Shown in pieces: positions 24,420-37,096 of a stretch of 64,000 nucleotides of DNA. Every line of letters begins with the position of its first letter. Within the stretch, counting starts at the first letter, position 1. The DNA is taken from assembly GCA_013239625.1 (NCBI GenBank), contig MU056000.1, forward strand, positions 12,289,175 to 12,353,174. Reading direction: 5' to 3'. This DNA is from Lama guanicoe. Its lineage: Eukaryota. Below the pieces are notes generated by a model. That model was not told where the DNA came from and did not search any database. It saw only the letters and a list, made by a program, of their open reading frames with translations. Both the position numbers and the translations under genes were made by a program.

Positions 24420-24592
24420 TTTTTATTGTAGTGAGAACAGATAACAAGAGATTGAATCTCTTAAACTGTTATGTGTGCAGTACAGTATTTCCAACTGTGA
24501 GCACAGTCTCATCCATCAGATCTCCAGACCTTCATCCTGCATAACGGAGACTGTATTTGTTGAACAGCAACTCCCCATTCCTCTTCCCCTTA
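24420..24592 (-). mobile_element. L1MA10/MB1-like 3' tail
   Basis: cagatctccagaccttcatcctgcataac...gaacagcaactccccattcct. Confidence 0.7.
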
Positions 24593-25082
24593 TTAGAACA
24601 TTTATTTTTAATAACATTAAAATATCGAAAGAATAAATGAGATTGTTTTAGGACAGGAGGTGGAGGCAAGAGAAAGAAGGTATAAGAGGAGAATTGATTT
24701 ATTTTTTAAAAGATACACTCCCTCCTCATCTGGATACATTGCATTTAACTGGGGGGCATGGGAAGCCTCGGCACTCAATACTTGCAAGAAAATACAGGAT
24801 CTATCAGAATCACAATGGCAAGAAAGGTCCCAAATTGCCAAGCAAAGACTGAGGCTGGGACAATTACAGAAAGAACTGCAGGAACTCCATGGACTGGGCT
24901 TCAGTCTGCACGCCCAGTGTCTCTGGGACTCTCACTGCTGCCAGAGCAGTTTTCACTTTTCTCCATGAAGAGGTGTAGACCAGCCTGGCTATTTCCTACT
25001 AAGAGTGAAGAGCAGTCTTAACTATCGCCTCCTTTCCAACACATCAGTGTTCGGAGCTACCAATCATCTTTGCTTTATCACT

Positions 25083-25323
25083 GGAAAAAAGGAACAGAGA
25101 GAAAGAAAGAAAGAGAGAAAGAAAGAGAGAAAGAAAGAGAGAGAAAGAAAGAAAGAAAGAAAGAGAGAAAGAAAGAGAGAGAAAGAAAGAAAGAAAGAAA
25201 GAGAGAAAGAAAGAAAGAAAGAAAGAAAGGAAGGAAGGAAGGAAGGAAGGAGAAGGAAAGAAAAGAAAAGAAGGAAAGAAAGGGAGAAAAGGAAGGAAGG
25301 AAAGAAAAGGAAAAAACAGAAAG
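25083..25323. repeat. Compound polypurine microsatellite (GAAA/GA/GGAA/GAAAA)
   Basis: Pure purine from 25096 to 25316. Confidence 0.97.
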
Positions 25324-28300
25324 CTAAAATTTTGCCCTTCTATAAACAAGTGTGCTTTTCTCACCTTTAAAAAAGATTTCTGAGGCTAAATTAGGACATC
25401 TCTATAAAACATTTTGATATTTTGAGAAGAAAAAATGACCCATGAGTGGGCTTAATCTGGCCTAAAGTGGAATTGTTTAAAGTAAAGCCACAGGGTTTAG
25501 GATTAATACTTTTTGTTTCTCTTTGGAAACCTGGTTTTTAGAAAGTGAGTTAACCACTAACTACAGAGTAGGGTTCACTCTGGAGAATATTTAATTTTCT
25601 TTGAAGATTTAGTTTAAACTCTTGAGGAAACAGAAAAACAGTGAAGAGTCTAGCCCAGAGTACGACTGTAATGGATGAAAGTGTCTTCCTTTCTTGAACG
25701 TTTGTTTTTTGGAAGTCATTACCATCGTCTGAGAACCTGCGAAGCTAACATGATTTGAGTTAGGTTAAGAAATTTAGAAAAAAAAATTAAGGAATTGAAT
25801 GGAGCCCATGGCTCAAGTCTTGGATATGACATGGATAAGAGTATATGGTTAAAAAAAAAAAAAGTAGGGATAATGCCAGACAGTTACTGATTTTTAATTT
25901 TTATTTACCAAGAAAAAAGTTACATTAATTAATTTCAAGAAAGGACTTCATTTTATTTATTTATTTTCTCGCTTGTTTCTTCATTTAAAAAAAAAACAAA
26001 AACAACAACCAGCCATGAGGGTACATGATCTTTTTTTTCCCTTCCCTCTTCCTTTTTCCATTTCTGCCCTCACTTCGCCCTGCAGGGGCCTCTTTTTGTA
26101 AGTGGATGAAGGGAATGATCTTACTGCCAGGGGAACCACAGTGACTCTAGCAGTTGGTGGGAGGGAAAGTCAAGCCTCCTAGAACGAGTTTTGCCCGTGA
26201 GCTTTGGCACAGACTAGTGCTCTGTTGAGCTTTGTGACTAACGTGGGTTGTAGTGCTGAACATTAAAGCAGCACTGGCAGAAATAACCCTCGATACCGAG
26301 GTCCATAGATGTTGTCCACCCAGGAATCGCCCAGGACATGAAGACGCCGTGATGGAATCGAATCCGTTGCGTTAAAATGAGATAACAATAGGAAAGTGAA
26401 ATAGATGTTCTTCCTCTCGCAATTTATAATACGGTTGCCTTGCTGAGCCTTTCACATTTCTTATTATAGACTAGGATGTTATCTGTCCTGATCTTTGAAT
26501 GTATGCGGGAGGCACCTGTCTGGTGGTGGCCCCTTGGCTGTGTGAAGTGATTTTATTCTTAGCTGTGGCATTTCACACAAGTCACCCCCACCCTTTCTTT
26601 TGTCTGATGGCAGTACTTGTGGTCTCTGTAGCACAGGTTACACGTAGAAGACTCTGTTTTGTTAAGTAGATACAACTAATTTGTTTCCATTTATGAATGG
26701 GTTTTTCCTGGAGAGCTGGTAACTTTTTTGTTTGGCATATGGCGATTTTTTTCTGTCATTATTCTTTCAGGGAATGTTTTTCTTATGTGTTTGCTCATTT
26801 CCTGCAGCTGGGCATGATCTGTCAGTTATTTCAACAATCCAGTCCCCTCCCCTTCCCATTAGTCAAGAAGAAGCGAACAGAGGGGCAGTGGCCAGTCTTC
26901 TCTCCCAACAGAATTCCATTTCTCTTCGGGGAGAATCCATTTCTCTTTCACTTTTCCACTACTTTTGCCTCTCATTCTACTGTGTTGAGTCTGGAGCGGA
27001 CCCAAATTATCTGAAGGGATGGCAGTTTCACTCATTCATCAATTTCTTCAATAAGCATCTGCTTGTTTTATCATAAATTCAGGACCTACTCTGAAAGCTT
27101 GAGTTAATTCTAGAAGACAGACACCTTGTAAAATAAAAATTGGACAGAAAAGGAGAGAGATGGGTTGATATGTGTGCAGAGGAATTAAGATAGAAAACAG
27201 AGATAGGAGAGAGCTACAGAATTGAAAGAAGAGGAAATTGATGGAAATGGACAAGAAAAGGAAAAGTTTCAATGTTTTTTAAAAGAACAAAAGAAAGATT
27301 AATTCAGAACCAACCAAATAATTCTGCCAAGACCCTGGGGATCATACAGACCAATTAGTCTTAGTCTCCAGCTTCCAAGAATTTACAATAACTTCCAAGA
27401 ATTTACAGATTTAAAATTACAGGAAGACAGAATTGTCTTTGGCTGTACTTGTGTACTGAGATACACATGAAGAGAACTTTTTAAAAGTAGTTATATTTTG
27501 CTTCTTATTAAAGAGCTTCAAGTAAGTGGAATAGCAAAATCTAAAAGGTTTAAAATGTGTTGCTTATAAATCCCTTTTCTGTCTTGCAGCCCAGGCTGGG
27601 GGCTTTGCGACATCCAGGGCGTGGGAGACGGTCCCTGGGCTGTGCTCTGTCCTCTCCAAGCAGAATCAGGGCGCTTGCTGCCAGACAGCTGGGAGGGAGA
27701 AGGGAGATATTTTCTCCTCTCTTCCAAAGCTGTTAATGTTCTGTTCTCCAATAAACCATTTTAACAATTGATCTCTGTGTCGATTGGATACTCATTACAT
27801 CTTACGGAGCAAGGCACTTAACCTGGCAGACTCCGTTTACAAACAACCTCTTCTCTCCCCTTAATGGACACTCAGCCCTGAACCAGTGGTGAGCCCAGGT
27901 CACTGGCCCACAGCCTCCAGCCACAGACACAGGAGATTGAGCAGGAAAGCGAGAGGGACATGACTCCATGAAGGACTGCAGTGTGCTTTGTCACGTGGAA
28001 GGCAAATGCTCACACGTCCCTGAAATACTGAAGGAAGTCAGAGAAAGGAAGTTTGCCAGCGGGGCGCTTGTGATATTTTTGGCAGCGATGTTCTCACTAC
28101 CTGCAAGCTGTGTGTTTGTGTCTATTATGATGTTTACTGCAACTTGAAAAAGAATAGCTACTAAATTAGGATATGATGAACTTCTCAGCTGGAGAGAGAA
28201 CAGGGTCTAACAGAGAACAACATTTGGGATTTGAGATACTGTGTTCTCTTTGAGGTTACATTTAGATGTTAGGATAAGCAAGGAGAGGGTGGGGGGAACC

Positions 28301-30059
28301 ACTTCCAGAAGACAGAAACAGCTTAGGTGGGACCAGTCCAGGGAAGAAACATGGAAATATTTGACGTGAGCTCTATTGTTGTTTTGTCTAAAAAGATTAA
28401 GGGCTCTAAGCTTTGTCATCACATCCTTCTGTCCTTTTAGTTTGCTTGGTGAGGTTTTGTCCCCCCCCCCCAGAGATTCTGTTTTATTTCAATGAGCGTT
28501 TGGTGGTTCTGGGTGACAGATTTACTATAAAACTGTTTGGGACTTTGATCACTTTTCAAGAGCAATGGCTCTTTGGCGTTGTCACTGGAAAGGAGTTTGA
28601 AATCTCTGTAAAATCTCTTCTCTCTGCTTTCCAGGGAGAAAGTCACACCACAAATTCGATTGTTTTCAGACTTGTCAAGAGTCTCCAGTCAGGCTATTCA
28701 AGATAGTTTCGGCCTGGGCTGGAAGGAACAGATGAATGCTCTCCTCTGAGGAAAGTGGTTGGGGGGGTCTGGATGGAAGAACCTCCAGGCAACACCCCGC
28801 TCCTTGGAAGGATAATTAGCGTGTAGAACGGGGAGCAGAGACTGCTCTCATGGACAGTCCCCTGTAATTACCCCATCAGGAATGTTCTCAGGACCAAATT
28901 GAAGGGGTTGTGGGACTACTGAATGATCGATGTGTGGCCTTTTATCCTAAGGAGAATTTCACCGAGGCAGAAGTCCTCTTTCTTCATAGTTTGCTTAGTA
29001 AGAGGGTAACAGCCAGAAACAGTGGTTCATTTGTGAATCCACTTTTTAGGTCTCTCTCTACGCTCGTACCCACATGCACCACGTATAAATGATACTTAAT
29101 GTGCTACATATGTGTGTGTGTGTTTAATAAAACACAACTCATAGAAAGGTTGTTTAAAGACCTTAAAAGTACATGTAGCGTCACTCCAGGATTTGGGAGT
29201 GAGAGATACTTTCTAAAACAAATCACTAATGATAATAAAAGGCATTTTATAAAATTAGACCCTTGAAAACTCACTGGAGAGCTACACCCCTATTCCTCAC
29301 TGGCTCCCAACCCCCTTTTTATTTCTACTTTTTGACAGAGCAGAGGGATCTGGGATTAGGATAGATTTTTTACCATCCAAACTCTTTTTTTCCCCCCCTA
29401 TTTGTATGAGAGCGAAAAAGGACTCTTTCTTAAGGAGTTTGTTCTTCAGGCCCAAAGTCAAGCATGTGAGCTCGGCTGCAGGGCTCCGGGACCTGCCCCT
29501 CTGCCTTGGAAACCAGGTGCTGCCTGGGGTTCTCTTGGCCTTTAGCACAGAACAATAGCCGTCCTCTGCCTCACCGTTTGCCCTCGGGGGCTGAGAAGTT
29601 GCTTTACTGGTTGCTCATTTCTGACTAATTCTCCCTGATTATCCCCTTCTGAGGTTTTTTATGTTGCCTGTTTTCTGATGTAATTGCTCAAAGACATATG
29701 AGGAAGGGACAATGCTATTTATTAAAGAGCTTCATAAATAAGTGGGTAAAGCTTTTCATGGGAAATCAATCAACTGCCTCAAATGTAGACAATTCTTAAT
29801 GATCCGTGGCAAACTGTGTCCATGAAGAAAGCCCTTTTCTCTTTCCTGCCCTATAACTGATTAAGAACCATTAAAAGGCACCCAAGGCAGTCTGGTGGGC
29901 AAGTAGACTGAAACAGAATCAGAACCAACAGCATTTGTAAATTTAATAATTGAACGTTGAAAAATGGAAAATTAAGTATAAAAAGATAGAGGCTTTCTCG
30001 TTTTAGTAACGCATTACTCTTCTAATGATTATCGCCTTTATTGAAAACATCAAAAAAAG

Positions 30060-30300
30060 CAAAGGACAAAGTCATAGAGACAGAAAGGAGATAGCTGATC
30101 ACTAGGGACTAGGCAGGAAGATGCGGACAGGGTTTCAGTTTGGGCAGACGGAACCAGTTCCGGAGATGGATGGTGGTGATGGTTGCACAACAAAGTACAT
30201 ACTTGATGCCACTGCAGTGTGCGCTTAAAAATGGCTAAAATGGTACTTTTTATGTATACACATATTTTACCACAATAAATACATGCAAAAAAAGGAAAAA
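30060..30300 (+). mobile_element. L1MB-like 3' end
   Basis: catagagacagaaag...ggagatggatggtggtgatggttgcacaac...ttttaccacaataaa. Confidence 0.85.
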
Positions 30301-31174
30301 GAAAAAGAGAAAATGAGTAATGTTAGAATTGGTTACCGTTGAATTAACTAGAATGTTTGATGTTTGGGTCTTAGCAGAGAAGAGGCAAGAACCCTCCTAA
30401 ATGACTGTTGGGTGTATCTCTACAGAGAGAAATGAGGAAAGTCATTTCAACAGCTTAGCATTTATAGGGTACACAACTGGGAGTAAAACACATGTGAAAA
30501 ATATCATGATAGAAGGCCTTTATTTAAAGTGTGGTTGAAGGCCGCTGACTCACTGGATAACTGGAGTATTTGTGGCTTGAGTAATGGTCGAGCCAAGAAT
30601 CCTGGAGTCAGACTCTTTCTTCCTCGGGGGGAAGATAAAGGGGTCAAGTAAATTCTATCCCACTCTATCTTGGATATTTTGTTCAACAATGATTTTGACC
30701 AACCCCAAATTCCTCCAACGAGGGAGGAATGTTCAGTGTTTTTGTAACCTTGATTAACTGTGGTGTTATTCCAAACAAGGAGGCATACCCATCTGGGGGC
30801 AAGAGGTGGAAAGGAAAGAGCTAAATCAGGAGTCTGGTGTTGATCCCAGCCAGATGACGGATGTCTGACAGATGGGGTCAGTGCCACTTCTGATCTCATC
30901 CTAAGCCAAGACACTCTTTAAGCATCTGGGCAAAAATCTGGACTCAAGTGTGAAGCGATTTGATTGACTCGACTAAATAACTGAAGAAAGTCAAGTTATT
31001 CTGATAACGATATACTTATGATTTATCTTCCTAAGGTGGCATTTATTTACGAGTGTTTTCTAGTTGGGATGAATAACTTATGAACCAGGTGCTTGGAAGT
31101 GCCATGGCTAAGAATTGCTGTTTTCTGTGAAGTCCACAGTACTAGGTTAGCAGGAATCTGGTCATCTTAGGGAT

Positions 31175-31432
31175 GCTGTTGAACGTAGTCGAGCAAAGAT
31201 CTTCTGGAGCCAGACTTCCTGGCATGAATTCCAGGTCCGCTCTTACAAGATGAGATCTCAGGCATTTGCCCACGTCTCTGTGCCTTGGAATTGTCATCTC
31301 TAAATGGAGGATGATTGCAATAGATCTTACATCATAGGTTATTGTGAAATGTGGTTTGAAACACGTGAAGTGCTCCGAACAGAGCCTGGCCTGTAGGAAC
31401 TGGGCTGTAAAAGTTAGTTATTATTACCATTA
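31175..31432 (+). mobile_element. MIR (near full length)
   Basis: tctggagccagacttcctgg...ctctgtgccttgg...cataggttattgtga...gttagttattatt. Confidence 0.8.
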
Positions 31433-32721
31433 ATCATTGCCTCTTTCGGGGAGGACATGTCTAAACAGTGAGCGTGAAAGCTGTTGTGGGGGTTCTGTTG
31501 CCTGGGAATTAGAGACCCTTTAGTACCTACATTGGAAAGTTCAAAACTCAACAGCTATATCAAATCATCACATTGAGCACTTTAAATACATTACAATTTT
31601 GTTTGTCAGTTACACCTCAATAAAGTGGAGAAAAAGAGAAAAAACCCTCCATGGCCGTGATACGCATATATTGCTGGAAATAAAATACTGGTTTTAATGA
31701 GTCATTCCCGCATTTACTCATTTGCTGAGACCCCACATGCCAGGCATTGGGGATACCAAGTCAGTTATGACCTGACTTACTGTGATGCTCAGCCTAGTGG
31801 CAAAGACACTCACATAAAGAGACTGCCATGCAACATGTAGGTGCAGAGACAGAGATGTTTTAAAGGTATCACTGAGATGTAACGGCGGGGAAGCTTAGGT
31901 GCTGGGGAGAGGGTGAGGAGGAATAGTCAGGGAAAATTCCTGGACGTAATCCCCCTGAATACCTGTTGGATCAAATAAAACTCGATTAAAAAAAAATTTG
32001 TAAACGTGTCAGCCTGTATCCCTGAAAGATAAGGATTCTCTCTCACTCTCTCATAAACAAAATACTATTATTACCCCTAAAAGAAATAATAATGATTGCT
32101 GGCACCACAGGACCCACAGCGTATTACGTCAGTAAAACTCTATCCAGTGTACAACTTTACTAGAGCAGGAAGGTAAACCGATGGGCTTTTATAAATACTT
32201 GGCGTGAGAAGAATAATTTTCTGCTTATAACATAGCTTTAAAAACACTCTAACGTTCCCCCAAGCTTTTAGTAAAAACAGTTTTTTTTACAGCAATTACA
32301 AAAAGATAATCTTACTGAACTGAAATCCTAGACTACATCTGATATCATTTTAGTTTTCAGTGACCTACTTACAGCGTGGCATGATTTACAGTTGAGGTTT
32401 ATTGCTTTAGCAAAATGATGTTTTGGTCGTTCACTTAAAAAGAAAAAAGTCTTCTCAGTTTTATTCTCTAGTATGGAATGAAACCTTTTAACAGTCAAAA
32501 TTGGCTTAAGGTTAAATCATCATTAAAACAGTTTTGTACCTTGGAGCTAAAATAGATGTGCTCCTTAATACTGAGGTATACAGAGCTTGCGTTCCCCAAA
32601 AAGGGAAGGAAACTATATCCCCACAACCGCATGCAGGATGAGTAAATGGCACAGACACATACAAAGGCTAATTAAAAGTGGAACATTTAAGAAGCTTTGC
32701 ATCTCAGGTGTTTTGTTACAG

Positions 32722-33328
32722 TGTTAGCAGACAGTGAGACCCCTAAATTAGGAGGCCCACCAAAGTGTGGGTCTTTGACGCAGGCTGTGAAAGATTTGTT
32801 CCTGGAGGCAAAATGAAAAGGCTGCTTTTATTTCTCAAAAGAGGAAAAGGAAGGAGAGTGCTTGAGCAGGGAGAAGGAAAAAAAATTCGCTTGAGCAGGG
32901 AAAGGAAACGCTTGAGCCGGGAGCCCTCAGACAAGCTGGCTGGTAGAGACAGCTCTGGACGGGTCAGGCCACGTAGACTTTTACAGGAGGCTTCTGCCAT
33001 TATGTCCTCCTTCTGGGTGTGGGTGGAGACAATCAGCCCTTGCATGTCTTCTCAGCCCTTGTGTGGGTTTTTCCAGTTGTTGTCATGGCAATCGTCAACT
33101 GTCATGGCGTTGGTGGGTGTGTCACTTAGCATGCTAATACATTGCAATGAGCACATAATGAGGCTCAAGGTCCACTGGAAGTCAAACTCTCCACCATCTT
33201 GGACTCTGTGGGTTCTAAGCAGTTCTTATTTTGTTTCATTGGAACTGCCTCCTGAGACCTAGGTAAGAGTAATTGTTTAGTTGAGGAAGGCACAGGGGCA
33301 TGATCCTGGGGGCAACAGCTTGGTAACA
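32722..33328 (-). mobile_element. MER41-like ERV1 solo LTR
   Basis: TGTTA...TAACA termini. gttgtcatggcaatcgtcaactgtcatggcgttggtgggtgtgtcacttagcatgctaat...ccatcttgg is the reverse complement of the MER41 core. Confidence 0.8.
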
Positions 33329-33630
33329 AGAAGGAAAGTTGCTTCTAACCAGAATGGCTGCAATCTGGTGGACCCCACATACCCCGCAAAAAAATCCGCA
33401 AAGATTCTCTTCAGCCCTGAAAGATCTAAAGGGAAATGAAGAATTATCTCAGTTAATCGTTGAGATAGGTGGTCAGAGTCACTGTCATCCCCCAGTGCCT
33501 GCAGGCTTGTCCTCATCAATAGCTTGAGCCTGCTCTTCAATGACTCAGGGAGGCCTGGGAGAACAGCTTTTCTATAAACAAGAGGCAGAAGTTGGGGAGG
33601 CAGTAGGCCCACAGGGTACTGCTCGGTATG
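33329..33630 (-). mobile_element. Second ERV1-type LTR, partial
   Basis: aggaaagttgctt...gcttttctataaacaagaggcag...cccacagggtactgctcggt resembles artiodactyl ERV1 LTRs. Confidence 0.6.
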
Positions 33631-35019
33631 AAAAATCCCCTTTCAATTTAGTCCTAAGTGAAATCAATTGTTTGCATTTGGTTGGCGACATACAACATTA
33701 ACAGTAGTGGAAAAAGGAGTGATCTCTGGGCTCCTACGTGACCTCATAGTCCCCAGCTCCCTCCAAGGGGAGACGAGCCACCCCAGATCCTGACCAGCTT
33801 TCCTCTTGCCCTCTCCCTCTAAATCACTTAAATCCTTTGTCTCCAACTACATTAGATCTATTCAGGGTTTCCCTTTTTAATGCCTCCACAATTTCTTAAT
33901 ATCTACAAAGAGTGGATTGATTCCCACCACGCCAGCAGGAAGCAGCAGGGTGTATAGACTGGACGGGCCCCAATCTAAGGAACAAGCCAACAAGGGGAAT
34001 ATTGTCTTTCTTTTCATTCTTTCTTTTATTTTTTTTACAGCATTTTTCTTTCTTATCCAGATTAGCCTGACCTCAGCACAAGGCAACCAGATATTACTTT
34101 TAACGGCAAACTTGAATGTCGCCTGGATCGCGTTGGTGGTTTTCCATGGATGTAATTCAATAATCCCAGTGGAGCGCCTTCCGTCCCTTATTACTCTTAT
34201 CCCGGTAGAAATACTTTGTTGGGGCTATTATGGTGTCTTTTATTTTTAATCCAGCTGAAAATGGAAACATTCCAGAGCTTAGAAATATTAATGAGAAAAT
34301 TCTCTGCTTTACATACATAGCAGAGTACCCTACTGACCATGGACAAGAATAAAAATATTTTGCCCCAGTTTTACCTCAATAGAAACATTTTAACTGAAGC
34401 TTTTCAAGCTAGGCTTTTAAGAAAGAATCATATGACACACACGTATACAAAATGGAAATGCCCTGGCAGATAAAATTAACATTCTCTTGTTGCACCTGTA
34501 GTGCAAACAGTTCTAAAAGGAGTTGCTAAATAATGAACACTCTCTGATGATCTAAATGCAGCTGTGCTCTTTCCTATTTTAAAAATCCTGAGGGCTAAAG
34601 CCTAATCTAATCCTTTCTTTGTCAGAGTTTCTGTCAAATGATCAGACCCTTGGAAATTTTTTCATTCCGGACTGATGGGTTGTCTTGAATCCGGCCGACA
34701 TTATGAACAGACTGTCTGTAAGTCTCTAAGGACCTTCTAGTGTTTGTCTATTAACAGATGGAAATGGACTTGCCGTCTTGCTCTTGTTCTAACTAAATAA
34801 ACCTGTGTCAAGACCCAAATGGGCGCTTTAAACAGATGGGTGTCTTCTTTCTAAAACACATGACTTACTATTGTCATTTACCTCTAGGCACGGGCCTGTC
34901 AGGATGATTTATGAGATGGTACAGTAATTGTAAGTGGGAATCACCTGGAAAATGAGTCGGTCTTGTTCATTTCATGAAAACAAAAGAGAGAAAAGTTCCC
35001 CTTTCTTGCGGTCACCTGG

Positions 35020-35420
35020 TAAAAGCAGGATGGAATCCCACCCAAAATGCGGTTTCGATGTGGGGGCTGATGATACCACACAAGCAGCAAGAGGGTGTGG
35101 GAAGTTTTATCACTCACACAGTGAGGCTTTCTGGGGAGAGCAGGGCAGGCTCCCAAGTGGGTACAAAGTTGGCTTCAGAGAGCAGGGAAAGGAGACCAGC
35201 GTGGCTTTTCACTGTATTAGGAGGTAGCAGAGGCGAGGATTTCCACCTGAGTCCCAGAGCTTGTTCGGTTTGAACCTCCCACTGGTGTCAGAGAGGGGAG
35301 CACCTGGCCTTTCCTATCAGCTGGCCAAGATGGGGAGGGGGCAGACGCAGAAGGGGGAGTGGTGACGCTTGAGACCCGTCAGGAGTCAAACGTCAAATGA
35401 GGTGACAGTCCGTATTTCAG
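35020..35420 (-). mobile_element. ERVL-type solo LTR (LTR52/53-like)
   Basis: gcaggatggaatcccacccaaaa, tgaggctttctggggagagcagggcaggct, ctttcctatcagctggcc, gtcaaacgtcaaa. Confidence 0.7.
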
Positions 35421-36264
35421 GTCTCTTTACACTGAAGACCGAAGGCAATATCGAAAAAAGAAAGGTAAATATTTTTAGACTAAAACCAAATGCGGCTTGA
35501 GATGTGAAGGTTTTGGGGTATTCTTTGGAAACCTTCTGAAATTCTGCTATGTATTTCCTTTTGGGGCTTTTAGGGGCAAAACAATGTCCACAGTCAGCCA
35601 GTCCTCTTTGTTTCTGATAAAAACGTTTGGGTACAAAGTCATAAAATGTCCAGATTATTCCTGAAGACACTTAAAAATGGCCCCATTCAAGCCAATCAAC
35701 TCTTACTGTCGGTAGGTTATTTTCCACTTTCTAACCTAAGCCCTTTGCACACGAGGTCAGGGTACTTCTTGGTTCTCCACAGAACCCTTGATGGCTTTCT
35801 GGGTGATCAGAAGGTTAAAGAACATTAGGAATTGTTTAAGATCATCTCACCCATTGTTCAGATTGGGAATCTTTAGGCCTGGAGGTGTCTGATGTGTTAG
35901 CCGAGATCACACAAACTAGAATCCAAGCCCGGAGGCTTGTCTAATGCACTTCACCTAATTTAGCCCAGAAGCTTGGTTATCTTATATTGTCCTAGGCTTT
36001 TCATTACAACACTTTCTCTGCAGAGTGGTGTTAAGGGCCTCGTTTGTTTGTTTGTTTGTTTAGTTAGTACACTTTGTGTGTTGTGTGTTGTGTCCCCATA
36101 AATTCTAAGTCTGAATATACTGCAGCATTTTTAGATGAATTCTAAAACAAAGGCCCTGTATCTTATTACACTGGAAATGTTTAATTATGTCTCAGCATTG
36201 GGTAAGATACCAACCACAGGTCTTCCCTATAACCTACATTCTAGGATTTTTTAAAAAGAAAATT

Positions 36265-37046
36265 AATTTAAATTTAAATTTTAAGATGGTTTTAGATATA
36301 CGTGAAAGTTTTGAACCTAGTACTGTGAATTTACAAATCCTGCATGCTCACTCTGCCTTATTGATAATGTCTTACATTAGTAACGGTACATTTGTCAAAA
36401 TTAATCAACCAATATTGATCGGTATTCATCCTTTATTCACATTTCCTTAGCTCTTTACTTAATATTAGTTTCCTGTTCCAGGATCCCATCCAGGACACCA
36501 CATTTTATCTAGTTTTGTCTCCTTGGGCTCCTCTTGGCTGTGACAGTTTCTCCGACTTTCCTTATTTTGTTTTGACGTCATTGACAGACTCAAGGAGAAC
36601 TGGTCAAGTATTTTGTAGAACGTCCCTCTGTTGGGATCCATCTGATGTTTTTTTCATGATTTGAATGGAGTTCTGAGTTCCTGGCGGGGAGGGAGAACGT
36701 GCCATTCTCAGCACACGGCATCATGGGTACATACTGTCAGTATGAATTCTGGCTCTTGAGTTTAACCTCATCACCAGGCTGAGGTGGTGACTGTCAGATT
36801 ACCGGCTCTGCAGGGGATTCTACACACCTATAGGTGACAAGACAGGAAGGACAGAGGGGTTTTTATGTATGATTTCTACACCAAAAAGTGACTTCCTTTC
36901 ATATTACACTCTGGCAGAAAGTTTTTATGAGTCACCTAAACTTAAAGGATAGTTATGTTCCTCCAATACCTAAGGGTGGAACAGGTACATAAATTATTCA
37001 GATTTTCACATGAGAGATTTGTCTACTGTTATCTGTCATCTGTCTG

Positions 37047-37096
<50 letters not shown>

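Noticed and set aside
25005..25370. Lys/Glu/Arg-rich ORFs
   Set aside because: Translations of the polypurine microsatellite.
28051..28070. CTCF-like motif (gccagcggggcgct)
   Set aside because: Spacing does not fit the CTCF core consensus.
30320..30960. Possible old LTR
   Set aside because: LTR-like composition, but I could not define termini, TSD or family.
32765..33262. 165-aa ORF
   Set aside because: Lies wholly within the antisense strand of a MER41-like LTR; no domain similarity seen.
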